NCBI GenBank assembly: GCA_016712745.1
Contig: JADJQN010000001.1
Location: forward strand, 1,879,086-1,943,085
Direction: 5' to 3'
DNA: 64,000 nucleotides
DNA from: Sandaracinaceae bacterium
Lineage (GTDB): Bacteria; Myxococcota_A; Polyangia; Polyangiales; JADJQN01
Shown here: positions 1 to 7,694 of the stretch, in pieces
How the letters are laid out: every line of letters starts with the position of its first letter
Position numbering within the stretch: the first letter of the stretch is position 1
Program-made: the position numbers and the translations under genes
The notes under the pieces: model-generated
What the model was told of the DNA's origin: nothing
Database searches by the model: none
What the model saw: the letters and a program-made list of their open reading frames with translations, nothing else

Positions 1-1227
1 CTTGCCTGTCTCGTACTTCTTGGTCTCAGTGAAGAGAGCAATCTGTGCCAAGACCGGGTTCGTGAAGCTTGCGCTCATCACGAAGCTCGGGTGACCGGTT
101 GCGCAGCCGAGGTTCACAAGGCGGCCGCGTGCAAGCACGGTGAGCTTCTTGCCATCCGGGAAGATGAAGTGATCCACCTGGGGCTTGATGTTCTCTTCCT
201 TGATGTCCTTCTGGCTCTCGAGCCATGCCATCTGGATCTCGCTGTCGAAGTGACCGATGTTGCAGAGGATGGCTTCGTTCTTCATCTTCTTCATGTGCTC
301 GCCGGTGACGACGTCGCAGCAGCCGGTGGCCGTTACGAAGATGTCGCCGATCGATGCAGCTTCATCCATCGTGACGACTTCGAAACCTTCCATCGCGGCC
401 TGAAGAGCGCAGATCGGATCGATCTCGGTGACCATTACGCGCGCGCCGTAGGGGCGAAGCGAAGTTGCGCAGCCCTTGCCCACGTCGCCGTAGCCGCAAA
501 CAACAACGACTTTGCCAGCGAGCATGACGTCGGTCGCGCGCTTGATGCCGTCGACAAGTGATTCGCGGCAGCCGTAGAGGTTGTCGAACTTCGACTTGGT
601 GACCGAATCGTTGACGTTGATGGCGGGGCACTTGAGCTCGCCCTTCTTCGCCATCTCGTAAAGACGATGCACGCCCGTGGTCGTCTCTTCCGACAAACCG
701 CGGATGCCGTCCGGACCCGTGAACATCTCGGGGTACTTCTTGTGGATCAAGATGGTGAGGTCGCCGCCGTCGTCGAGGATCATGTTCGGAGCCTTGCCGC
801 CCTCGAAACACTTCAACTGCTGCTCGATGCACCATTCGTATTCAGCTTCGGTCTCGCCCTTCCAAGCGAAGACGGGGATGTCGGCAGCGGCGATAGCTGC
901 TGCTGCGTGATCTTGAGTCGAGAAGATGTTGCAGCTGGTCCAGGTCACTTCGGCGCCGAGGTCGCGAAGAGTCTCGATGAGAACCGCAGTCTGAATGGTC
1001 ATGTGCAAGCAACCAGCAATGCGCGCGCCCTTGAGCGGCTGCGTTGCTTTGTACTCGGCGCGAATGGCCATGAGGCCGGGCATCTCGGTCTCGGCGATTT
1101 GGATTTCCTTGCGGCCCCAGCTCGCGAGAGTGATGTCAGCGACCTTGTACTTGGCCGTGGTGTTCTGCGTCTTGGTGGTCGTCTTCGTAGTGGTCGTGTT
1201 CATCGTGTTCGTATCCGTGGTCTGCAT
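1..1227 (-). CDS. ahcY: S-adenosyl-L-homocysteine hydrolase; the C-terminus runs off the window start
   Basis: Own reverse-strand translation (the ORF is open at the edge, so it is not in the track): [13 protein letters not shown]...[34 protein letters not shown]...[12 protein letters not shown]...[33 protein letters not shown]. These are hallmark AhcY motifs. ATG at 1227 (alternative 1203), with GGAGAA a few nt upstream. Confidence 0.9.
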   Translation of the reverse strand, partial: MQTTDTNTMNTTTTKTTTKTQNTTAKYKVADITLASWGRKEIQIAETEMPGLMAIRAEYKATQPLKGARIAGCLHMTIQTAVLIETLRDLGAEVTWTSCNIFSTQDHAAAAIAAADIPVFAWKGETEAEYEWCIEQQLKCFEGGKAPNMILDDGGDLTILIHKKYPEMFTGPDGIRGLSEETTTGVHRLYEMAKKGELKCPAINVNDSVTKSKFDNLYGCRESLVDGIKRATDVMLAGKVVVVCGYGDVGKGCATSLRPYGARVMVTEIDPICALQAAMEGFEVVTMDEAASIGDIFVTATGCCDVVTGEHMKKMKNEAILCNIGHFDSEIQMAWLESQKDIKEENIKPQVDHFIFPDGKKLTVLARGRLVNLGCATGHPSFVMSASFTNPVLAQIALFTETKKYETGK

Positions 1228-1270
1228 TTCGTTCTCCGTTAAACAGTGAGTCTTTAAAACGTTGCGCGAA

Positions 1271-2278
1271 CTAACTGAGCTTCGCGGCAACCAAAACTTG
1301 CCAACTTAGGTGTCGATCGGGACCGGCACCGTTCATAGTCGATGGAATGGGATGTACTTCCGCGCGCGAAAGTCCTGCGCGCTTGGCCCATTGAATAAGG
1401 TCTTCAGCAGGGAATCCGAGCCAAACATCGGCCTGATCCCCACGCATCGCTTCATCCTCGTGCGGAGCGTAGTCGATCACGACTACCGACCCGCCTTCGC
1501 GTAGAAGATCGGCAAGCGCCTTCATCGCATGTGCCGGGCGCGCGGCGTGATGCAAAACGCGCGACGCAAAAACCACATTCGCGCCGCCATGCTTTTTCAC
1601 CAGCGCGCGTACGTCGGCGTCGTCGATGTCGCCGCGAATGAGATCAACGTTCGCGTAGTTGCGTTTCGAGATGCGCTCTTGAGCCCGCGCGAGCTGCGCT
1701 TCTTCACGCTCCACACCAACGACGTGCTTGAAGACGGGCGCAAGCACATCGAGCAGCTTGCCCTCGCCGGTGCCGGCGTCTACTGCAAGCGCGCGCTGGG
1801 GAATGAGCGGAGCAAGAGCTGCGAGGTACGCCGGAAGCTCAGGAGGCAACTGCATCACGGCTCCGCCGTCGCGCGGCTTGCCGAAGAACTCACGTGTCTG
1901 CGCGTCGCGGGCGCGCACAATCGAAGCAACACGCGCAAGACTGCCGTCTTCGCTTGCAATGGCACGGCCCGACGCGAGGGCATCGGCGATCACGGGATCT
2001 TTGTCGGCGCCGTCCGCGAGCGCGACGAACACGCGCGTGCCCTGCTTGCGCTCCTTCAAGAGGCCCACGCGACGCAGGGACGAGATGTGGCGCGAGACGT
2101 TGGGCTGCGACTCTTCGAGGAGGTCCGCGAGCTCCCCGATTGCAAGCTCTTCGCTTGCCGTGAGAGCCAAAAGACGAAGGCGAATCGGCTCGCCGAGAAG
2201 CTTATAAAGCTCCCAACGAAGTGCCCCTTGGGTCTGAACGGCTGCATCCACATGCCTGATATATGCGATCATACGCAT
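1271..2278 (-). CDS. sahR: ArsR-type HTH fused to a class I SAM-methyltransferase-like domain; SahR-like regulator of the SAM/SAH cycle
   Basis: The N-terminus [51 protein letters not shown] is an ArsR/SmtB wHTH. The C-terminus [17 protein letters not shown]...VVGVE...[11 protein letters not shown] is a Rossmann SAM-binding fold. It lies 43 nt upstream of ahcY on the same strand, which is the architecture and context described for SahR. The start is uncertain: the tracked ORF runs to 2371, and I prefer ATG 2278/2272 or the GTG just downstream. Confidence 0.6.
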   Translation of the reverse strand: MRMIAYIRHVDAAVQTQGALRWELYKLLGEPIRLRLLALTASEELAIGELADLLEESQPNVSRHISSLRRVGLLKERKQGTRVFVALADGADKDPVIADALASGRAIASEDGSLARVASIVRARDAQTREFFGKPRDGGAVMQLPPELPAYLAALAPLIPQRALAVDAGTGEGKLLDVLAPVFKHVVGVEREEAQLARAQERISKRNYANVDLIRGDIDDADVRALVKKHGGANVVFASRVLHHAARPAHAMKALADLLREGGSVVVIDYAPHEDEAMRGDQADVWLGFPAEDLIQWAKRAGLSRAEVHPIPSTMNGAGPDRHLSWQVLVAAKLS

Positions 2279-2299
2279 ACATGCAATCAGAAGATTATA
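2262..2299 (-). promoter_or_regulatory. Candidate -10 box and operator palindrome upstream of, or overlapping, the start of the SahR-like gene
   Basis: On the minus strand there is a perfect TATAAT (plus-strand attata, 2294-2299). The palindrome TATGCG-N6-CGCATA at 2262-2279 overlaps the candidate ATG starts. The near-palindrome GAATTCGCGCCAATTC at 2305-2320 lies just upstream. No convincing -35 box. Confidence 0.25.
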
Positions 2300-2462
2300 T
2301 CGCTGAATTCGCGCCAATTCGGCGGGGTCCGCGGGCGTGAATCCACGGCACAGCTGTGTATGACGCAGCACAGTGTAGGGCGCAGTGCGAAACCGATTAC
2401 GCGGCTTTACGCGCCTTTCCGACGAGGCACGGCGCTTGCTCTAGCGAGACCTCGGAGGCCAC

Positions 2463-3170
2463 ATGCTTTTCTTCGCAGACCAGTCCGTCGACGTCGTCAT
2501 CAAGCTCGTACGCGAGCGCTTCTTCAAAGATGCACCGCGCGCTTACGCCGATACGCACTCGGTCGCGCTCTCGCTTTTCGAAAGTGCCCCACCCTGTCGC
2601 GTGCTCGACATCGCAGCCGGACGCGGCGACCTGACGCGCAAGCTTATTAACCGTGGTCACCAGGTTACCGCGCTCGAATCCTACACGCCGCAGTTCAACG
2701 CGCCTTTCGCGACGCTCGTTGAAGGCGACGCAAACCGTGAGTGGCCCTTCCCTGACGCCTCGTTCGACGCGCTCTTTGGCATTGAGATCATCGAGCACGT
2801 GGAGAACCCGCGATTCTTCCTGCGCGAGGCCATGCGCGTGCTGCGCCCCGGTGGCATTGCGATCATTTCGACACCCAATCTCACCACGCTCGTCTCGCGC
2901 GTATTCTTTGGTGTGACGGGGCAATGGGATCTCTTCGTCAACAATCGCTTTCGCCTGCGCGATCCCTATGACGACGCGCTCGACGGGCACATTTCGCCCA
3001 TTCCGAACTGGCTACTGCGCCATCACGCTCGCGACGCAGGGCTTGAGCACGAGGAGACAGCGTATTCGCGCGCGTGGTTGCCCCTGCTCCCGTGGAAGCT
3101 CAATCCGCTTCCAGCGAGCGCGAGCTTTGGACGAATACTCGTCGCCCGCTTCAGGAAGCCGGTCGCGTAA
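2463..3170 (+). CDS. Class I SAM-dependent methyltransferase
   Basis: VLDIAAGRGDLTRKLINRGHQVTALE (motif I), FDALFGIEIIEHVENP, LRPGGIAIISTPN. Divergent from the SahR-like gene. Confidence 0.7.
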   Translation: MLFFADQSVDVVIKLVRERFFKDAPRAYADTHSVALSLFESAPPCRVLDIAAGRGDLTRKLINRGHQVTALESYTPQFNAPFATLVEGDANREWPFPDASFDALFGIEIIEHVENPRFFLREAMRVLRPGGIAIISTPNLTTLVSRVFFGVTGQWDLFVNNRFRLRDPYDDALDGHISPIPNWLLRHHARDAGLEHEETAYSRAWLPLLPWKLNPLPASASFGRILVARFRKPVA

Positions 3171-4569
3171 ACGGAACGGTCGCGCGAAAATCGAACCAAC
3201 CGTCGCTGCGACGAACGGATTCCAAATCTTCGTCCTGGTCGAGCGAGTGTCGATCCGCAAACCCCGCGTCGCGCGCCTTGCCTAGCCAAACGAGGGCTTT
3301 CTGAGGGTCGCCGGCCTTCGCAAACGAACGCGCGGTGTCGTACGCCAACCCCGGATCGGCGAAGCGCGCGAAGATGGTCTCCCCGAGCTTTCCCGCGATT
3401 TCGTACTGGCCAGCTGCGCGGGCTTCCTGCACGAGCGGCACGAGCTGAGCTGCGGCGAATACTTGCAAGTTGGCTGTGCTGACGAAGGCCAGCACCTCAT
3501 TCCAGTTGTTTGCATCCACGTGCGCGCGAATGATTGTCACTCCGAGGCCCGCATTGGGCTTGGCCTGCATCGCCTCCTCGAGCCGCGCGATCCCTGCTTC
3601 GAATTGCCCCGAGTGCACCATGACGATGCCTTCGAGGATCGGGTCAATCTCTTGCGTCTCGGAAATTCCCGAGAGCACATGCGCCGCGTCCGCGTAGTTC
3701 TTCTCGAATGTGAAGCTCCACGCGACAATCTCCGTCGCCGCGAGGCGCACGACGTCGGTCTTCGCCTCGGCTTGTGCACGGAGCGCGAGCTCACGCGCTT
3801 GTGGAAGTGCTCGCTGCGCCAAGAGCGTGCGCGCTTGCTCGAGCATGGGCAGCGCAACGCGATCACGCATGCGCACGAGCTCGCTGCGAAACGCGGTCCA
3901 CGATTGCAGCGCAAGCATCACGGTGACCATGGCCGTCCAATAGGACTGAATGCGCAACGAAAGAATTGCGAGCGTAGCCGCCAGCAGCATGGAGACAACG
4001 AGAGCCACACCTCGTCCGCGGCCCGGCGCGATGAGATCGGCAAACGAAGCAAAGACCTGTCCGCCATCGAGCGGAAAAATGGGAAGCAGGTTGAGCACGC
4101 CCCATCCGCCGTTCACGAAAAGGATGTAGCCAATGACAAGCTCACGCAGGGGCGCTCGTGCATCGCTCGCCCCGAGGGCTGCATCAAGTAAATGCATGGG
4201 ATGCATGCCGCCCACCATTGCGCCCAGTGCCACGATGCACGCGATGGCTATTCCTGTGAACGGGCCGGCCAGCGAAATTAGAATGCGTGCGCCAGACCCA
4301 ACCGGTTTTGCCGCATCCTGCTGCCACGCGGTTACGCCACCAAAGCCGTGCAAGGTAATCGTGGGCTTGTGGCCGAAGGCTAAAATTGCCAACGCGTGAC
4401 CAAACTCGTGTGCGAGCACGCCGGTAAAGACGACGAGCACCCACGCGAGGAGCGCGTCAGGGCGCGATAGCACCGACGTGTTGAGAATCAGCACGATGAC
4501 GAGAAACATCGGCTGCACGTGAATCGGCACGCCGAAAATGGTAAAGCCGCGTCGCTGCTTCTCGTTCAT
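3151..4569 (-). CDS. M50 (site-2 protease family) membrane metallopeptidase fused to a C-terminal TPR-like domain
   Basis: HEFGH zinc motif (VLAHEFGHALAILAF), a second M50 motif NLLPIFPLDGGQVF, and multiple TM segments. The C-terminal ~230 aa is helical-repeat or TPR-like. The gene starts 44 nt downstream of the 60-aa ORF on the same strand. Confidence 0.75.
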   Translation of the reverse strand: MNEKQRRGFTIFGVPIHVQPMFLVIVLILNTSVLSRPDALLAWVLVVFTGVLAHEFGHALAILAFGHKPTITLHGFGGVTAWQQDAAKPVGSGARILISLAGPFTGIAIACIVALGAMVGGMHPMHLLDAALGASDARAPLRELVIGYILFVNGGWGVLNLLPIFPLDGGQVFASFADLIAPGRGRGVALVVSMLLAATLAILSLRIQSYWTAMVTVMLALQSWTAFRSELVRMRDRVALPMLEQARTLLAQRALPQARELALRAQAEAKTDVVRLAATEIVAWSFTFEKNYADAAHVLSGISETQEIDPILEGIVMVHSGQFEAGIARLEEAMQAKPNAGLGVTIIRAHVDANNWNEVLAFVSTANLQVFAAAQLVPLVQEARAAGQYEIAGKLGETIFARFADPGLAYDTARSFAKAGDPQKALVWLGKARDAGFADRHSLDQDEDLESVRRSDGWFDFRATVPFTRPAS

Positions 4570-4586
4570 CTAGCGCGCAGCATAGC

Positions 4587-4600
4587 AGGCCCGTCGGCCT
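4587..4600 (-). other. Short hairpin (AGGCC-CGTC-GGCCT) between the 60-aa ORF and the M50 gene
   Basis: A 5-bp inverted repeat with a 4-nt loop, read directly from the sequence, with no U-tract. It may be a weak attenuator or RNA-processing stem, or nothing at all. Confidence 0.15.
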
Positions 4601-4613
4601 CGCGAGATCGCAG

Positions 4614-4796
4614 CTACGACGCAGAGAAGACTGGGCAGTTGATCGGGTCGCCCTTGCCACCCGGAGAGGTGCATGAGATTGCAAGCGCTTCGAGAGGCTC
4701 GCGATACAGGATGCGCGGGCGCTCGTAGGGTTTGCGAGGATTCTCGGTGGCTGCCGCCGCTAGCGTCGACGTCGGATCTGGATGCGTCTTGCTCAT
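4614..4796 (-). CDS. Candidate RiPP precursor peptide (60 aa)
   Basis: MSKTHPDPTSTLAAAATENPRKPYERPRILYREPLEALAISCTSPGGKGDPINCPVFSAS. Its ATG overlaps the rSAM stop codon (ATGA at 4793-4796). Third codon positions are GC-rich like the neighbouring genes. The N-terminal part is Cys-free and the C-terminal part has two Cys. No homology call is possible by eye. Confidence 0.45.
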   Translation of the reverse strand: MSKTHPDPTSTLAAAATENPRKPYERPRILYREPLEALAISCTSPGGKGDPINCPVFSAS

Positions 4797-5842
4797 GACG
4801 CCTCGCGAAGTAGCGGCAAATGCACGTGGGCTTTCTGCGGCGCGATCGAGCCCGGAACGTGCGGATTGCCCGTCTGAAGCTCAGCAAGGCCTGGACAGAA
4901 CGCAAACGCCCCCGTGACGCTCGCCTTTTGCGCGACTTCGTTGCGCACGGACACCGTGATGTCTCGCACCGCAGCCAACGTCTGCGACCCATTCCAAAGC
5001 TCGCGGATGGAGGCCTCGTGAAGATTGCCAATCGGGCGACGCCATTGAACGCAGGGCAGAACGTTGCCGTAAGGATCGATCGCGAGGTTCGACGCACCCG
5101 CGCCGCAATGCTTGTCGCGCGAATCAACGGGAGCATCGGCGTGACTCGGCACGGTCGAAAAATGCTCAAGCCGTTCGCTACGCGCTTTGAAGAATGCGTT
5201 CGTTTTCGAAACTCCCTCGGCAGTAGGCGCGAGGCTCAAGGGCGATAGATCTCCGTTGTCGCGTGGCTTCACCTCGGGGTCGACCTGCAACGCGATGCCA
5301 AGCGTCGCGGCGAGCGCGAACATCTCTTGCAGTTCATTCTCATTCCACCGCGTGAGCGTCGAGTTTGCCTTGACCCGCAGTCCGAGCGCGCGCATCTCGC
5401 CAATGTTTGCGATCAGCTGATTGAAACTGCCGCCAACGCGAGTCAGGCGATCGTGGGTCGCCGCCGTCGCGCCGTGCAGCGAGACCTCGACGAGGAAGGG
5501 ATCGATTTCGTCGCGAACGCGTCTCGCAAGCTCGGAGCTTAGCGCGTGACCATTCGACTTGATGCGGAGCACGAAGCCGCGATCGCGCGCCATTTTCCCG
5601 ATCTCGAAAAATTGTGGATGGGAAAGAGGTTCACCGCCGCTCAGAATCACGGTGAGCACGTTCATCGCCGCCAGCTCATCGAGAAGGACCTCGTATTGCT
5701 CGAGGCGCAACGGCCGGCCTTTGAGGGCCATGTCGTTGTAGCAAAACGCGCAATCGAGATTGCAGCGATACGTCAGCTCGAGGAGCACCGATAGGAGGTG
5801 ATTGTCGCGCCATGCGCGCTCAACCGAGGAGCGAAAACTCAT
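4793..5842 (-). CDS. Radical SAM/SPASM-domain peptide-modifying enzyme
   Basis: LELTYRCNLDCAFCYND (CxxxCxxC cluster), GGEPLSHP, and a C-terminal Cys-rich SPASM-like region HCGAGASNLAIDPYGNVLPCVQW...AFAFCPG. The start overlaps the PqqD stop codon (ATGA). Confidence 0.85.
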   Translation of the reverse strand: MSFRSSVERAWRDNHLLSVLLELTYRCNLDCAFCYNDMALKGRPLRLEQYEVLLDELAAMNVLTVILSGGEPLSHPQFFEIGKMARDRGFVLRIKSNGHALSSELARRVRDEIDPFLVEVSLHGATAATHDRLTRVGGSFNQLIANIGEMRALGLRVKANSTLTRWNENELQEMFALAATLGIALQVDPEVKPRDNGDLSPLSLAPTAEGVSKTNAFFKARSERLEHFSTVPSHADAPVDSRDKHCGAGASNLAIDPYGNVLPCVQWRRPIGNLHEASIRELWNGSQTLAAVRDITVSVRNEVAQKASVTGAFAFCPGLAELQTGNPHVPGSIAPQKAHVHLPLLREAS

Positions 5843-6126
5843 GGCGAGCCTGCTTTCTCGACAATGCCGGCTTCCTCGAGCTCGCGCGCGAATTCAGAGG
5901 CGTCCTGCTCGGCGACGAGCTTGTCCACGTCGAAGCGTTCCACGATGCATGCGGCAACGTCTCCAAGCGTGCGTGTTCCGTCGCGCATGAGCTCCAGCAT
6001 CGCCGCGCCGATACCGTTTAGCGCCACGACTTCAGCTCCGTCCAAGCGCACAACAACGCCTTCGTCTCCGACGACGCGGAAACGACAGCGTGACGACAAA
6101 CGATAGGGCTGCGCCAACTCGATCAT
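5839..6126 (-). CDS. PqqD-family peptide chaperone (RiPP recognition element)
   Basis: MIELAQPYRLSSRCRFRVVGDEGVVVRLDGAEVVALNGIGAAMLELMRDGTRTLGDVAACIVERFDV...ASEFARELEEAGIV fits the PqqD pattern. I trimmed the tracked ORF (to 6219) back to ATG 6126, which overlaps the upstream stop codon as ATGA. Confidence 0.7.
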   Translation of the reverse strand: MIELAQPYRLSSRCRFRVVGDEGVVVRLDGAEVVALNGIGAAMLELMRDGTRTLGDVAACIVERFDVDKLVAEQDASEFARELEEAGIVEKAGSP

Positions 6127-7076
6127 ACAGCGTCGACCCTCTCGCCTTGTGCAGAGTCGGATGAGATGAGCGACATGAAGCCGACATCTTTTGCAAAGCA
6201 GAGCGATTCGACTCGACACGATGTGACTATGTCTGCAATGACGCCCACGAGCGTGTCTGCGCGGTGCGGGTCGCTATTCACGAAGGGCGCGGCCGCAACC
6301 AGCATCGCGATGCTCTCCGCCTTGCCGAGCGGCGTAGTTCCGTGGACCTTGGCCTGTTTCAAACGGAAGATGCGGCGCAGCGGTACACGGACACAGCGCG
6401 TCGCGACTCGGCCGAGGTCGCCAGCAAATGGAACCTGGGCCACGTGGAGAGCGCCACTGTCGAGCGACAACGCGTTCAAGTCATCGCTCAAAACCGTGTA
6501 ACCAGCGGCCTGTGACAAACGCGCGACGGTGCTCTTACCCGCGCCGGACGGCCCGAACATCAGCAGCGCTTCGCCGTTCGCCACGATACCGGCGCTGTGT
6601 AAGAGAACGCCGCGCCCTTCGAGCAAGCGATACGCAACCAAAAGGCGAAAGAAGTTTTCAAAGACGATGGGAAATTCGTGCGCAGTGTCGGCGCTCGTCC
6701 AGAGCGCGGCGCGCGTTGTTTCGCCGAGCTGGATGCGACCCATAAATGATGGACCAGAAACGGACACGCTGTCCGTCTCGTACGTGAATGCAAGTTCGTA
6801 CACTCCGCGATCGAATACCGGCGGCAAGAAGTCGAAAGAGCCGGAACGGAACACAGCCACGTCAACACAAGCACCCGTAGCGACTGCGACCGAGTCAATG
6901 ATCATTGAGCCAAACGCCGGATCGATGGCCGCGCGTTGGCCCGCGGATAGTCCGTGCACGTGGTAGGGCCCGCCCGAAAAATCGATGTTCGCCACGAGAG
7001 CCCCGCATGGCTCGCCCGCCAAACGGCCCGGAAAGAGTTCGGGGTAGCGAATGAAGTGAGCGTGCGTCTTAGTCAT
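6123..7076 (-). CDS. HPr-kinase-related (HprK C-terminal-like) P-loop kinase
   Basis: LLHSAGIVANGEALLMFGPSGAGKSTVARLSQAAGYTVLSDDLNAL matches the HprK core (lHg..v...g.GvLi.G.SG.GKS..al.L...G..LvaDD). I trimmed to ATG 7076 (MTKTHAHF...), which overlaps the peptidase stop codon as ATGA. Confidence 0.7.
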   Translation of the reverse strand: MTKTHAHFIRYPELFPGRLAGEPCGALVANIDFSGGPYHVHGLSAGQRAAIDPAFGSMIIDSVAVATGACVDVAVFRSGSFDFLPPVFDRGVYELAFTYETDSVSVSGPSFMGRIQLGETTRAALWTSADTAHEFPIVFENFFRLLVAYRLLEGRGVLLHSAGIVANGEALLMFGPSGAGKSTVARLSQAAGYTVLSDDLNALSLDSGALHVAQVPFAGDLGRVATRCVRVPLRRIFRLKQAKVHGTTPLGKAESIAMLVAAAPFVNSDPHRADTLVGVIADIVTSCRVESLCFAKDVGFMSLISSDSAQGERVDAV

Positions 7077-7567
7077 GCGCCAAATCTCCGCGCAACCCCA
7101 TGCGCGGCCGAAGATAGAAACCATCGGGCCGCACTTAGCCGATCGGTAGTCCCAATCGACAGGCGGGTGCCCCACTCGTCGCGTGTGCTTACGCGCCCAA
7201 GCACTGAACTGATTGGCGTGAGCGCATCGGCAGCGGTGCCCGCATCAGCCTTTGTCACGGCGTGCAATGCCCCATTCTTCCATGCGTAGCCAAGGAAGCG
7301 ATGTACCGAGAGCGCCCCGTCGGACCGCGCATAAGCGATCACATCGCCTGGCCAAAGCCACCGGGTCGCCCGCACTCTGACGCGGGCCCCGCGCAGGAGT
7401 TGGGGCCGCATGCAATCTCCGGCGACGCGTATCTGAATTGCGTCATGCCCGATCACCGCTCGAAGCATGCTGGCTGAAATGTTCAACGGACGCCCTCCAG
7501 ATGGGCTCCGCGCCGTATCGCTGCCGGCTCCCCCTCGGAGTCCTAGGTTCAAGAGACCTAGATGCAA
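7073..7567 (-). CDS. S24/S26-fold (LexA/signal-peptidase-like) peptidase homologue with Cys and His at the Ser/Lys dyad positions
   Basis: IQIRVAGDCMRPQLLRGARVRVRA...PGDVIAYARSDGALSVHRFLG follows the S24 pattern v.GdSM.P.l..Gd.v.v...GDiv.....g...vKRl. The start is uncertain (7567, or the internal ATG at 7468). Confidence 0.5.
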   Translation of the reverse strand: MHLGLLNLGLRGGAGSDTARSPSGGRPLNISASMLRAVIGHDAIQIRVAGDCMRPQLLRGARVRVRATRWLWPGDVIAYARSDGALSVHRFLGYAWKNGALHAVTKADAGTAADALTPISSVLGRVSTRDEWGTRLSIGTTDRLSAARWFLSSAAHGVARRFGA

Positions 7568-7694
7568 ATCTGCGACGTTTCACTCATAGCACGCAGTCTC
7601 GGAGAATTGGGGAGCGGCTGAAAAAACGCGCTGATTTCCTAATATTGCCACGTACCAATCGCACGCGCTTTGAACGTGACGTATCTTCCCGCGC

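Noticed and set aside
1228-1270. A possible SAH riboswitch upstream of ahcY
   Set aside because: Only 43 nt separate ahcY from the upstream stop codon. That is too short for the SAH riboswitch fold, and I see no conserved pseudoknot-forming stems. A TTAAA-N10-TTTAA inverted repeat is present but weak.
4570-5169. A 199-aa minus-strand ORF as an alternative product downstream of, or overlapping, the rSAM gene
   Set aside because: It is in a different frame and overlaps both the rSAM C-terminus and the 60-aa ORF. It is extremely Arg/Ser-rich with no motif. The rSAM frame carries the SPASM Cys motifs.
7077-7175. The 5' extension of the HprK-like ORF, and likewise 6127..6219 for PqqD and 16255..16407 for the nucleotidyltransferase
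   Set aside because: The extensions overlap the preceding well-supported genes. Internal starts give ATGA overlaps for the HprK-like and PqqD genes, and for the nucleotidyltransferase an in-frame GTG 5 nt after the upstream stop codon, consistent with the rest of the operons.
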